A stretch of 64,000 nt of DNA, taken from assembly GCA_943704415.1 (NCBI GenBank), contig CALSCO010000090.1:1-64000 (forward strand). The letters run 5' to 3'. Below, one piece after another: positions 1 through 11,548 of the stretch (position 1 is the stretch's first letter; every line of letters begins with the position of its first letter). The position numbers and the translations under genes are program-made. The notes beneath the pieces were generated by a model that was not told the DNA's origin, did no database searches, and saw nothing but the letters and a program-made list of their open reading frames with translations. The DNA is from Parvularia atlantis. Lineage: Eukaryota.

Positions 1-31
1 CCCCCCCCCGCCACCGCCGGCCGCGCGCAGC

Positions 32-2598
32 ATGGACGTGCTTGCGGCGTACGGCAGCGACGACTCGGACGGCGACGACGCCGGCGCCGACGCGGCCGAC
101 GCGCCCGCCGCGCTGCAGCAGCCGTTCGGCGCGCTGCCGGCCGCCGCACGCACCGCCCCCGTGGCCGACGGCGCGGCGCTCGCGCGGCTCCAGATCAACC
201 TCACGCCCGACGTCCACGTCGAGGTGCGCGGGGCCGCGCTCTCGCGTCCGGGGGCTGACCCGCGCGGCGGCGGCGGCGGCAGGACCTGCGGATGGCCGTG
301 CCGTACCACCACCCGGCCAGCAAGGCCATCGCCTACAACGCGCCGTACGAGGCGCTGTACGCGCCTGTGCAGGGCCCGCAGCACCCGCTCGCGCACCTCG
401 GCATGGGCGGCCAGCGCAACAACGCCGCCGGTGCCGTTGCCGCTGCCGCTGGCGCCGCGTGCACGCCCCTGGCACGATGCTCACGACGGCGGCGCCGGTG
501 CAGGCCACGTCGAGATCGACGACATGTTTGACGGCTCATTCGAGACCCAGCGGCGCACCTTTGCGCGCCTCGGCTACGCGTACGACCCCTCGGCCGACGC
601 CGCCGGCAGCAGACGCGTTGTCGGCAACACGGCCCTCGCGGACGAGATCGGCGGTGCGCGCGTGCCTGCCGTGTGCGTGTGCCGCGGCTCACGGACAGAG
701 CGCGAGCAGCCGTGACGGTGATCGAGGACCTGCCGCAGAAGGTCCGGAGCGAGCGCAAGAAGAGGAAAGCTGTCGGCGACCCGATCGAGGACCCGCTCAC
801 GTACGAGGGGCCGTGGGCCGGCTTCGAGGGCGAGCGCATGCACCTGATCAACGACCGGCCGGTGCGACAGCGCGGCGCGCGCGTGTGGCTGAGCGGTCGC
901 GCTCACGCCGCCGCCACCTTAGGTCGAGCCCGAGCCGGTCGCGCAGCCCGGCGACAAGCCTGAGGAGGAGAAGATGACGTACGGCCCGGGCGTGGAGAAG
1001 ACCATGTTCCACGGCAAGGCCGAGCGCGACTACCTCGGCCGGACGTACATGCACGTGCCCACGGTGCGTCTCGTCCCGCGCGCGCACGGGGCGCTGCTCA
1101 TCGTGCCTGCGTGTATGCGCGCGCCAGGACGTCGACGTCAACCTGTCGCTCGAGCCTGGCGCACAGGAGTGCTTCCTGCCGAAGCGGCTCGTGCACACAT
1201 GGTGCGCCCGGGCGGCGACGGCGGCGCGCGTGCTCACGCGGCGGCGCGCTGCCAGGACCGGGCACACGAAGGGGGTGACGGCGATCCGCTTCTTCCCCAA
1301 GTCGGCGCACCTGCTCCTGTCATGCAGCATGGACACAAAAGTCAAGGTGCGTCCGCGCCGCAGTTCGATGTCGTGCGCGTGCGATGATGACGGTGGCGAC
1401 CCCCGGGCGCAGCTGTGGGACGTGTACCACAACCGCCAATGCCTGCGCACGTACATGGGCCACTCCAAGGCCGTGCGCGACATCTGCTTCACCAACGACG
1501 GGCGCCAGTTCCTGACGGCGTCGTACGACAAGTTTGTGAAGCAGTGGGACACGGAGACGGGTGCGCGCGCGCGTGCTTGTGCATGGCAAGCGACGCGGAG
1601 CTGAGCGAGGCGCGCAGGCAAGTGCACCGCGTCGTTCAACATGAAGCGACTGCCGTACTGCGTCAAGTATCACCCGGACGACGACAAGCAGCATATCTTC
1701 CTGGCGGGCTGTGGCGACAAGAAGATTATCCAGGTGGAGTTTGCGTGTTGGTCTGCCTCGTCCGCGCCCTGCTCACGCCGTAGGCGCCTGCACGCGCAGT
1801 ACGACGTGCGCACGAACCAGATCACGCAGGAGTACGACCAGCACCTCGCCGCCGTCAACACGATCACGTTCGTCGACAACAACCGGCGCTTTGTGTCGAC
1901 CTCGGACGACAAGACGATGCGCGTGTGGGACTGGTGCGTGCTGCGGCTGCTGCTTCTGCTGCTGCGCTTGCACTGCGAGCGCTGTGCTTACATCGCCGCG
2001 CCGCGCAGGGACATCCCCGTGACGATCAAATACATCGCCGACCCGGCCATGCACGCCGTGTCGGCCGCGGCGATGTACCCCGGCAGTGCGGGCGTATGCG
2101 CATGTGCGACGCGGCAGCTGACGTCCGTCTGCGCCCGCAGGCAAGTGGTGGCTCGGCCAGTCGATGGACAACCAGATCGTCGTGTACGGCGCGGGCGAGC
2201 GGTTCCGGCAAAACGCAAAAAAGGCGCGCCCGCTGCGCGCCGTCATGCGTCGCACGCGGCGCGACGTGCTCTGACCGCGCGGCGGGCGCAGACGTTCCGC
2301 GGGCACATCGTGGCTGGGTACGCGTGCCAGGTGGGCGTGTCGCCGGACGGGCGGTTTGTGATGAGCGGCGACTCGGTCGGGAAGCTGTTCTTCTGGGACT
2401 GGAAGACGAGCAGAATAATCAAGTGCGCCGGCCGGGCGGGCGGGCTGAGCGTGTGCAGCTGATCGTGCGTGTGTGTGCGCGCGCGGCAGGAGCATGAAGG
2501 TGCACGACCAGGTGACGATCGGCTGCGAGTGGCACCCGCACGAGCCGTCCAAGGTGGCCACGTGCTCGTGGGACGGCACGATCAAGTTCTGGGACTGA
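32..2598 (+). CDS. CDC40: Pre-mRNA splicing factor PRP17/CDC40 (WD40), ~11 introns
   Basis: Spliced peptides [85 protein letters not shown](2596-2598). Confidence 0.95.
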
Positions 2599-2799
2599 GC
2601 GAGCGGGCGAGACCGGTGAGAGCGAGAGCGAGGGCGAGAGCGAGAGCGACTGAGAGAGCGACTGAGAGAGCAGAGCGAGACCTGTGTGCGCGACTGTCAC
2701 GCTTCCATCTTGCTTGTCGTCCGCCACTCGCTCGCCGTCCGCGCCACACCCAGCCGCCTCACCCGCCCGCCGCCCGCCACGCCGCACCGCGCCGCCCGG

Positions 2800-3065
2800 A
2801 TGGAGCTGATCCCCAAGATCGGGCTGCTCGTGCTGCAGGTGCGGCGGCGGCGACGGATGACGTCGCGGTGGCGCCGACGTGGCGCGCGACTGACGTGACA
2901 GCCAGGCGCGCACCGCGCCCGCCGCGCCGCCCGCGCCGCCCGCAGCCGACGCGGCCGTGCGCGCGCGGCTCGACGCGTGGAAGAACGGCGAGGCCGTGCA
3001 CATCGACGTGACGCGCGAGGGCTGGCTGCTGGAGCGGTGGACGCTCACGTACGAGCCGCACGGCG

Positions 3066-3101
<36 letters not shown>

Positions 3102-5619
3102 CGTCGCAGCAGCAGCAGCGCAACAGCGACCTCGTCGTGCTCGTGCAGTCGCTCTACAGCCGCCTGCGCGCCCTCCCGCTCGACGCGCGCATCCGCAGCG
3201 GCGCCATGCCCAAGGCCGCCCTCGCCGTCACGTGCGCCCCGCCTGCCGTCTGCACCGCCTGCCGTGCCGCCGCCCTTGACGCGCCGCCCCGCGCCGCAGC
3301 GTGTCGAGCGCAGCGCCGCCGCCCTTCCCCGAGCACAAGGCGCGCCCATCGGCCTGCCCGTCAGTCGGCTCGTCTGACATGTGCGCGCGCCCCGCAGAAC
3401 GACCCGCCCTGGGTCGCCGTGCACCGCTTCCGCCCCGCCGAGACCTCGTTCGGCACGATCGTCCTCGCCGTCCACTTCTGGCGCTTCCACGATCCGGCCA
3501 CGGACGCCTCGTCGTCCGCGCGCGCCCCGGCCGCTGCCGTCGCCGCGCCGTTTGTGCGCCGCGCTGCGGACAACGACGAGGAGGACGACGACGAGGACGA
3601 GGACGACGACGACGACGGCACCAGGGAACTCGACGTCGTTGTGCAGACCGCGCGCCTCAAGACCGACGCCGTCGCCGTGCCGCGCCAGGACGTGTCGCGC
3701 GTGCAGCACCACGTGCAGCCGCTCGGCAGCCCCCGCCCCGAGCCGCTGCTGGTCAAGCGGGCGACGGCGATGGCCGAGTTGCACCTCGGCCAGGCCATGG
3801 CGCGCCCCGACGCGGTTAGTGGCCTCATTCGCTCGCCAGCGTCACTGCGACTGACGTGGTCGCACGTGTGCTACCAGCAAAACGCGTACGGGCGGCCGAT
3901 GTCGCTCTTTGGCATCGACGTGGGCGCGCGGCCACCGGGCGACGACGAGCACGGCGGCGACGGCGACGACGGTGATGGCCACGGAGACGGCGACGGGATG
4001 CGCGCCCCGGTCCTGTCGACGTCGGCGCCGATGATCATCGGTTCGCGGCTGCGGCAGGACATCAGCCGGTTCTCGTCGTCGGACGAAGACAGCGCGGGCA
4101 TGAGCAGTGCGTGCGCCCGCCGGCCTGCTGTGTGTGTGCACGCACAGCTCACACCCGGACAGACGCGACCGACCACGGCGACGTCGCGTCCTCGCATAAG
4201 CTGGCCGCCGACCCGTTCCTGTACCGCGCGTCGCCGCGCCCGTCGCCGTCCTTCACGCGCTCGCGCCTGAGTGACGGCGGCTTTGGCGCGCGGCAGCTAT
4301 CGGGCGAGATGTTTGGGTCGCTGCTGGGCTCGTACGAGGCATGCGCGCGCGGGCTGCGCCGTCTGTCGCGCACTGAGCCCGCGCGCAGGAGTCGATCCTG
4401 AACGGGCGCATGTCGTCGTCGCCCTCGAAGCCTATCGACTTTGTGGCCGAGATTGGCGTGTTTGGGCAGGGTGCGCGGCGACACAGCGCAGAGGGGGGGG
4501 GGGGGGGGGGGGGGGGGCAATATTCCTGACGACGCGCGCGCACAGGCAAGTGCAAGCCCTCGCTCAAGTGCCCGCCACACGTGATCCTGCCGTGCCCGGC
4601 CACGTTCTACCTCTCGCCGCTCGACAACTTGCCGTCGCCGTACGGTGCGTGAGGGTCGCCCGCCCGCACAGTCGCTGAGCGCGCCGGCAGTCGGCATGGT
4701 CGACCTTGAGCGCGGCCTGCAGGACCGCAACCCGCCGGGCCTCATGCGCCTGCCGCCAAAGGGCATGTTGCAGCTGGTGCGCGGCGTGTGCGCGTGCGTG
4801 ACACCAAGACGCAGCTGACACCCCACGTCGTGCGCAGATCATCAAGAACCCCAACAAGACCGTCGTCAAGGTGTTCCTCGTCTCGTACGACTTTAGCGAC
4901 ATGCCAAGTGGCACCAAGACGTTCCTGCGGCAGAAGAGGCACGCCACGCCACGCTCGCTCGCCCGCTGCGGCACTGACGCTCGCCCCTGCACCAGCTACT
5001 CGCAGACGCCTCCGCACGGCCTGCGCTACGCCGTACACCTCAAGTTTGTGTGCACGGGCCGGCGGCACGTGTTCCTGCACCGCGACGTGCGCGTCGTCTT
5101 CTCGCACTTTATGCCCGACAGGTGCGCGTGAGACCAGCCGGCACTGACGGCGCTGACGGCGCGCGCAGCTCCGAGAAGCTCCGGGTCGTGCTGGCCGAGG
5201 CCAGCCCCAAGTACATGGCCGCGAGCGTCGGCGGCACGGCGTCGGCGGCGGCGACGGCGCCTGGGCGAGACGACGACGACGACGGCGAGGGCGACGTGGT
5301 GGACGCGATGCTCGTCGACCGCGACCGCGACGGCGAGCGCACGCCCAGCAGCAGGAAGAGCGTCCGGCCGGCGCACGCGACCGCGCGGGGCTTTGCGCCC
5401 GCCGCCGCCGCAGCAACAGCGGCGGCCGCAGCAGCCGACACGCCGCCCTTGGGCGCGCTCATGCCCAACCCCGCGCGCGCGGCCTTCTCGACCAAGGCGA
5501 CGGGGAGCCCGTCGTCGCTCTCGGCGGGGCTCAAGGCGGTGGCGGCGGCGGCCAAGGCCGGGAGTACACCGCCCGCGGCGAGTCCGCCGGCCGTCGTGCT
5601 CGGCTTTGCGCTGCAGTAA
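2800..5619 (+). CDS. ATOS/FAM214-like protein (DUF4210 + chromosome_seg-type C-terminal domain) with HORMA-like N-terminus and polyQ
   Basis: LLGSYE|ESILNGRM, LPSPY, IIKNPNKTVVKVFLVSYDFSDMPSGTKTFLRQK and LRYAVHLKF are FAM214-family hallmarks; ends TAA 5617-5619. Confidence 0.88.
4493..4517. repeat. Intronic poly-G homopolymer (similar tracts at 19712-19732 and, as poly-C, 19150-19168)
   Basis: Direct reading of the sequence. Confidence 0.9.
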
Positions 5620-5687
5620 TGAGCGGATCGCGCGCACTCGCGCACGAGTACAGCTGTGTGCATACGGAAACAGAACACGCAAGACGC

Positions 5688-6432
5688 TCACGCGGCGTGC
5701 GCCTGGGCGGCGGCGGCGGCGGCGGGCGCGTCGGGGCGCTGGGCGCGCTTCTTGTGGTAGTCCTTGATCGCGCCCTGGATAGCGTCCTCGGCGAGCATCG
5801 AGCAGTGCAGCTTGACCGGCGGCAGGCTGCGCGCGGCGGCATCGGCGGCTGAGCGCATCGCACATGCATCGTGTCTCTGCCCGCGGCCGCACCTGAGCTC
5901 GCGCGCGATGTCGGTGTTCTTGATGGTCTTGGCCTCATCCAGGTTCTTGCCGATGATCATCGTCGTGGCGAGCGACGAGCTGTAGCGGCAGGGCCGCGGC
6001 GGTGAGCGCGACGTCGCGAGCCGCGCGGCCGCAGAGCGCGCGCGCGCGCACGAGGCGATGGCCGAGCCGCAGCCGAACGTCTTGAACTTGGCGTTGACAA
6101 TCTTGCCGTGGTCGTCGACCTCGATCTTTGTGCCGTTCGCGGCTCAGCCCGGCGCAACGTCCGGCGCGACGTCCGACGCGCACCTGCAGCTTCATCACGT
6201 CGCCGCACGCGGGGGCGCCGACGACGGCCGTGCCGACGGCGGCGCTGTTCTTGTCGAGCGAGCCGACGTTGCGCGGGTTCTCGTAGTGGTTGATGACCTG
6301 CGCGCGTCCCCCTCACGTCAGCAAGCGGGCAGTCGTGCTAAGAGCGTGAACACGCACGTTCTGGTGGTACGCGCGGGCGAGCGCCGGGCGCAGGACGGTC
6401 GCGGCGACGGCGGGGCGCAGGCGCAGGAGCAT
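5688..6432 (-). CDS. ISCU: Mitochondrial Fe-S cluster scaffold IscU/Isu1
   Basis: HYENPRNVGSLDK, GAPACGDVMKLQ, FKTFGCGSAIASSS, LPPVKLHCSMLAEDAI; Arg/Leu-rich presequence; 4 introns. Confidence 0.97.
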
Positions 6433-6466
6433 TGGCGGCGGACGAGGCGACGACAGAGGCGACGAG

Positions 6467-6502
<36 letters not shown>

Positions 6503-6552
6503 CAAAGTGCCGCCGGCCATCACAAGCGCGCGGCACAGACAGCGCGACACCC

Positions 6553-8010
6553 ATGGCGGCGGATGCGGCACGTGACGCGCATGCGGCGGATCATCCCTCG
6601 GCGGCGGCGGCGGCGGCGGCGGCGGCGGATGCGGCGGACGAGGCGCGCGACGGGCAGTGGGACGCGCTCGAGGGCGAGCCCGTGCTCGAGGCGGCCGGGC
6701 GGCCCGACGCCGGGCTCGAGCAGGAGGTGGTCGGGTACGGCGCGCACAGCATCGTGCGGCTGCTCCCCGGCGGCGCGCGCGTTGTCAAGAGCGTTGGGTT
6801 CGCCGACTGCAGCCCCGCCGCCGCCTCCGAGCTGCGCCGGCTCGTGGCCAACGAGACCGCGGTGCTCATGCGCCTGCACACGCACCACCCAAACCTCGTC
6901 CGCATCCACGGCATCGTCGACGAGCCCACGCGCGTCGGCGTCATCCTCGACTACGCCCCCGGGCGCGACCTCGCCAAGCTCGTGCGCGAGGCCGGCGCGC
7001 GCACCGAGGATCAGGCTCGCGGCGTCATCACGCAGCTCGTCAGTGTGCTGCAGTACATCCACGTGCGTGCGCTCGCACTGTCCTCCCACATCAGCCTGCG
7101 CACTCAGCCGCCGCCGCGCCGCAGACCATGGGCTTCGTGCACGGCGACATCAAGCTCGAGAACGTCGTGTTGGACGACGCCACGGGCATGATCAAGCTCG
7201 TCGACTTTGGCTGCGCGCGCAAGGTCAGCGCGCCCTCGCGCTCGGCCAGCGCCGAGAACCTCCTGGCAGCGACGTCGACAGCACCCGCGTCAACATCCGT
7301 GTCCGCGTCGGCACCCGGAGCAGCAGCGGCGGCGGGCACAGGCGGCGACGCGGCGGCAGCGGGGACGTCGGCGCTGCAGACCGCCGTCAACATCTTCAAG
7401 TGGGCCTTCGCCTGGGTCCCGCGCACCGTCCCCGCCGAAATCTCTGGTCGCCAGCCCAACCAGGCCATCTTTGGCTCGCTGTTCTATGCCGCGCCCGAGC
7501 TGCTCTTCCCGCGGCGGTCCGAGCTGGCCGCGGGCAAGCACCCGTTCGCGTCGGACGTGTGGGCGCTCGGCGTGCTGCTGTACGCGCTGCTGACGGCGCG
7601 GCTGCCGTTTGGGCCAATCTCGCGCAAGCTGTCGGGCGCGGACGAGCGGCACCGCGTGCGCGAGGAGATCTGGGCGGCGCGCGTGTGCTTCCCGCAGGAC
7701 CAGGACGTGGCCGACGCCCCGGTCGTGAGCGAGCACGCGCGGTCGCTCATCCTCGGCATGCTGCAGCGAGACCCGGCGCAGCGCCTTACGTGCGCCCGGC
7801 GTGCGTGCGCGGCACGGCACGGCATGCTGACCCCGGCGCTCGTGCTTGCGCAGCCTTGACCAGGTCAAGGAGCACCCGTGGTTCATGATGGCCTTCCCGG
7901 ACAACGCCAGCCACGTATCAACCGAGGCGCCGGGTACGGACGTGTCGTCGCTCGCGGACGAGGGCGCTGCGGGTGCGCCCGAGCCGACCAAGTCTGAGCT
8001 CGCAAGCTGA
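6553..8010 (+). CDS. Ser/Thr protein kinase (CAMK-like) with long activation-segment insert
   Basis: VGYGAHSIV, VVK, HPNLV, HGDIKLEN, DFG, GSLFYAAPE, SDVWALGV, HPWF; 2 introns. Confidence 0.9.
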
Positions 8011-8112
8011 GTGATCGCCGTAGTGCTGGCTTTTGACACGGATCACAGTGCTCACTGTGTGCCTTTGAGGTGAATTTGATCTGGTTGATGACCTGGACGT
8101 AGCCCATGATGT

Positions 8113-8222
8113 GCGCGTCCATTCGTCGGCCTTCGGTCGCCGCAGATGTCGCTGTCGCCCACCACCAACACGCGCCCATCGAGCAGCACCGCGCCCGCCG
8201 TACGGTACTGCCCCGTCGTCAT
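8113..8222 (-). pseudogene. Degenerate single Kelch-repeat fragment
   Basis: MTTGQYRTAGAVLLDGRVLVVGDSD followed, after a 1-nt frameshift, by PKADEWTR, matching the Kelch pattern R..(A)VL.DG..LV.GG...YDP..(D)EW. Confidence 0.4.
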
Positions 8223-8287
8223 GTCTGGGCGGGCGCATCTCACCCGGGTAAAGTGTGTGTGTCACATACTCCGAACAACCGTGACAG

Positions 8288-8300
8288 TTTTTGGCGCCAA
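8288..8300. promoter_or_regulatory. Palindromic E2F-like site TTTTTGGCGCCAA upstream of RFC3
   Basis: Matches TTTSSCGC; 12 nt upstream of the ATG of a replication gene. Confidence 0.5.
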
Positions 8301-8312
8301 GTGCCGGGCGCG

Positions 8313-9999
8313 ATGTCGGGCGCGCTGTGGGTCGACCGGCACCGGCCGACGTCGCTCGACCGGCTGGACCACCACCCGGACGTGACGGAGCAACTGCGGC
8401 GCCTGGTGCGGGGGGGGCCGCGCGGTGTGAGGCAGCGTGAGGCGCCGCTGACCGTCCGCGCGACCGACAGGCCAACGCGGGCGACTTCCCCCACCTCGTC
8501 GTCTTCGGCCCGCCGGGTGCCGGTGCGCGCCGAGCGGCTGCTCGTGCGGGTGGCGTCGAGGCTCACACGGGCGTGTGCGGGGCGCAGGCAAGAAGACCCG
8601 CATCAACGCCGTCCTGCGCGAGATCTTTGGCGCCGGCGTCGACAAGGTGAGCCGCTGTGCCAGCGCCGACGTCGCTTACCGCGGATGCGCCGCCCTTGCA
8701 GCTCAAGATCGATCACAAGGCGTTCGAGGTGCGTGCATCCGCGCGCCCGCGTGTACCGGGACGCACGCGGGTGACCGGCGCGCGCGCGGCGCAGACGCCG
8801 TCGGGCAAGAAGATGGATCTGAACGTGATCAGCAGCAACTACCACATCGAGATGAACCCGAGGTGCGCGCCGCTGGGCCGCGCGGCGTGCGCTCACGCTG
8901 GGCCCGCGCACGCCGCGCAGCGACGTCGGCAACCAGGACCGCGTCGTTGTGCAGGAGGTGATCAAGGAGATCGCGCAGACGCAGCAGCTCGACCTCGGCT
9001 CGCCGCGCAGCTTCAAAGGCGCGCGGCACAGCCCCGCGGGTGTGAGTCGAGGGTGCTGATGCCGCGCCCGCGTGGCTACCGCAGTCGTCGTTGTGCATGA
9101 GGCAGGCCTGCTCACGCGCGACGCCCAGGCGGGCCTGCGCCGCACGATGGAGAAGTACATGTGCGTCTCGCGCGAAGAGAGAAGCCGCGCCGCCTCACAA
9201 ACGCGGCGGCGCAGGGGCAACTTGCGCATGATCATCTGCTGCAACGCCACGTCGAAGCTGATCGCGCCGATCCGCTCGCGCTGCCTGCTCGTTCGCGTAC
9301 CCGCGCCGTCAGTGGACGACGTGCGTGCGCCGTGCGCGCCGCGACGTGTGCTGATGGTCGCGCAGGTCTGCCACATCCTGGACAAGGTCGCGCAGAAGGA
9401 GCGCATCCAGCTGCCCGAGGCGTTTGCGCGGTGCGCGCGAGACGTGCGAGCGCCTTGCGTTAGCTGAGCGCGCCGCAGACGTATCGCAGTCGCCTCCGAG
9501 CGCAACCTGCGCCGCGCGCTGCTCATGCTTGAGGCCGCGCACGCCCAGCGGTGCCGCGCCTTGCACAATGCCGCGTGCTGCAGGCGCCCTGACGGCTGGC
9601 GCACAGGTACCCCTTCGTGGACAACCAGCCGGTCGAGGTCGCAGACTGGCAAAAGTACACGCAGGACATTGCTCGAGCCGTCATCGCCGAGCAGTCGCCC
9701 GCGCGGCTGCAGGAGACGCGCGCGCGGCTGTACGAGCTGCTGGTGCACTGCATTCCGCCCACGACCGTGCTCAAGGTGCGGCGCCCGCGTGGCCACGCCC
9801 CACCTGACGCCGGCTGCAGGTGCTCGCGTTTGAGCTCGCCAAGCTGATCGACAGCGACCTCAAGAGCGAGGTACTGCAGCAGGCGGCGCTGTACGAGCAC
9901 CGGATGCAGCTCGGCAGCAAGCCGATCTTCCACCTCGAGGCGTTTGTGGCCAAGTTTATGGCGATCTACAAGCAATTCCTGCAAGAGATGGCGTTGTAG
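8313..9999 (+). CDS. RFC3: Replication factor C subunit (human RFC3 / yeast Rfc5)
   Basis: LWVDRHRP, GDFPHLVVFGPPGAGKKTRI, SSNYHIEMNPSDVG, LTRDAQAGLRRTMEKY, IRSRCL, GSKPIFHLEAFVAKFM. Confidence 0.96.
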
Positions 10000-10055
10000 A
10001 GCAGTTTCGTTCGCGGCGCTTGCACAGAACACAATGCTCACGCTCAGGAGGGCCC

Positions 10056-11490
10056 TCAGCGCACGTACGTCGCGTCGATCTGCTTGAGCGACGGCAGGGC
10101 CAGCTTGACCTTGCGCCGGTAGTTGACATCCTTCGCGATCGGGTTGTGCTCAAAGTACACTGTCGCCAGCTGCGTCGCGCCCGCAAGCTGCTCCAGGTCC
10201 GACCACTCGCTCACCTGGTTGTTGTTGCACTGCGCAGCGAGGGCGTCACGCCGGCCGTGCGCAGTCAGCGGCCCGCACCCAAAACTCTTCAAGGTTCACG
10301 AGGTGCGCGATGTTCTCGAGCTTGCGGATGCGGTTCGCGGCGACGTCGAGCGTTGTCAGCTTGAGCTGCCTCGCGCGGACCGAATAAGGCGGGCGCGTGC
10401 GCACGTGCGAGGCAAGCGCACGTTGTGCTCGAGGCCTTCGAGGCGCTCGATGCCGTTGTGGCTCAGGTAAAGCTCCTCCAGGTTGACAAGCCCCTCGAGG
10501 CCCTCGATCTTGGTCAGGCGGTTGCTCTGCGCGTCGCGCCCGTGAGCGCACGCGGCCGCGCGCGTATCGGCGCACCTGGATGCTGAGGATCTTGAGGTTT
10601 TGCAAGCTCGCGAGGTTCTGAGCCGCCGTCGCGTCAGCCAACTCGCGTGCGCGCGACCGTGGGCGGCGCGCCTGCAGCCGCTCGATCTTGTTCCGACCGA
10701 GCCAGAGCGACTCGAGGTGCGCGGCCACGGGCTCGAGGTTCTCGATCACCTGTGCGCCGGGTCACGCCGTCGCCGTCACCGCCGGCCAGCCGCGCCAGCC
10801 GATGACGCACGCGCAGTCGGTTCGACGCCAGCTCGAGGCTGCGCAGGTTGCGCTGGCCCCCGAGGCCCTCGATCTTGGTCAGCTTGTTGCTGATCAGGTA
10901 CAGCTCGCGCAGCTCCGCGAGAGCGTCCAGGTTCTCGATCTTGCGGATGCGGTTGAACGAGAGGTCGAGGCGTCTGCGCGCGTTTGCCTCGCCGTCGGCC
11001 GCGCGCAGCCGCAATCGAGGCCATGCACGCACGTCAGCGCCGTTAGCCGCTCGAGGTTCTCGATGCGCTCGATCAGGTTGTCGTACAGATCGAGATCCTC
11101 GAGCGCGGCCAGGTGCTCGAGCCGCTCGATGCGCTTGATCCGGTTCTGGCGCAGCGTGAGCGCCTCTAGCTCGACCAGGCGCGTCAGGTCCGGCACGCGC
11201 GCGAGACGCTCGTGCGTGATCGTCAGCTCCTGCGGGCGCCGCGTGCCCCCCCCGGTTCACGTGTGCCGCGCGTCCTGGTGCGCACGCACGTCCAAGTCAT
11301 CAGGCGCGTCGCTCATGTCGTACTCCTCGGGCGGCGGCCCGCCTGCCCGACCAGCACGCGATCAGCACGCGATCAGCGCGCGCGCATCGGCCGCCCGGAC
11401 GGCACCGTGCTCGCTGTCCTGCGCCGCGTGGGCCGCCGCGTCGCGCGCCGCCTCGTCCGCGTCGAGGTCCGCGTCATTGTCCCGATCCAT
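10056..11490 (-). CDS. SDS22: PP1 regulatory subunit Sds22 (LRR)
   Basis: Tandem LRRs LEDLDLYDNLI, LDLSFNRIRKIENL, LWLGRNKI, ILSIQSNRLTKIEGL; C-cap VYFEHNP...YRRKVKLALPSLKQIDAT. Confidence 0.94.
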
Positions 11491-11548
11491 CCACGCGATA
11501 GTTATGCCCGCGAAGGCTAAATTACAATTGTTTTGTAGCCGTGGCGAA

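Noticed and set aside
10688..11548. 819-aa ORF 10688-13147 as a single protein
   Set aside because: The first ~290 codons are the antisense shadow of SDS22; the real gene starts at ATG 11549 with a signal anchor
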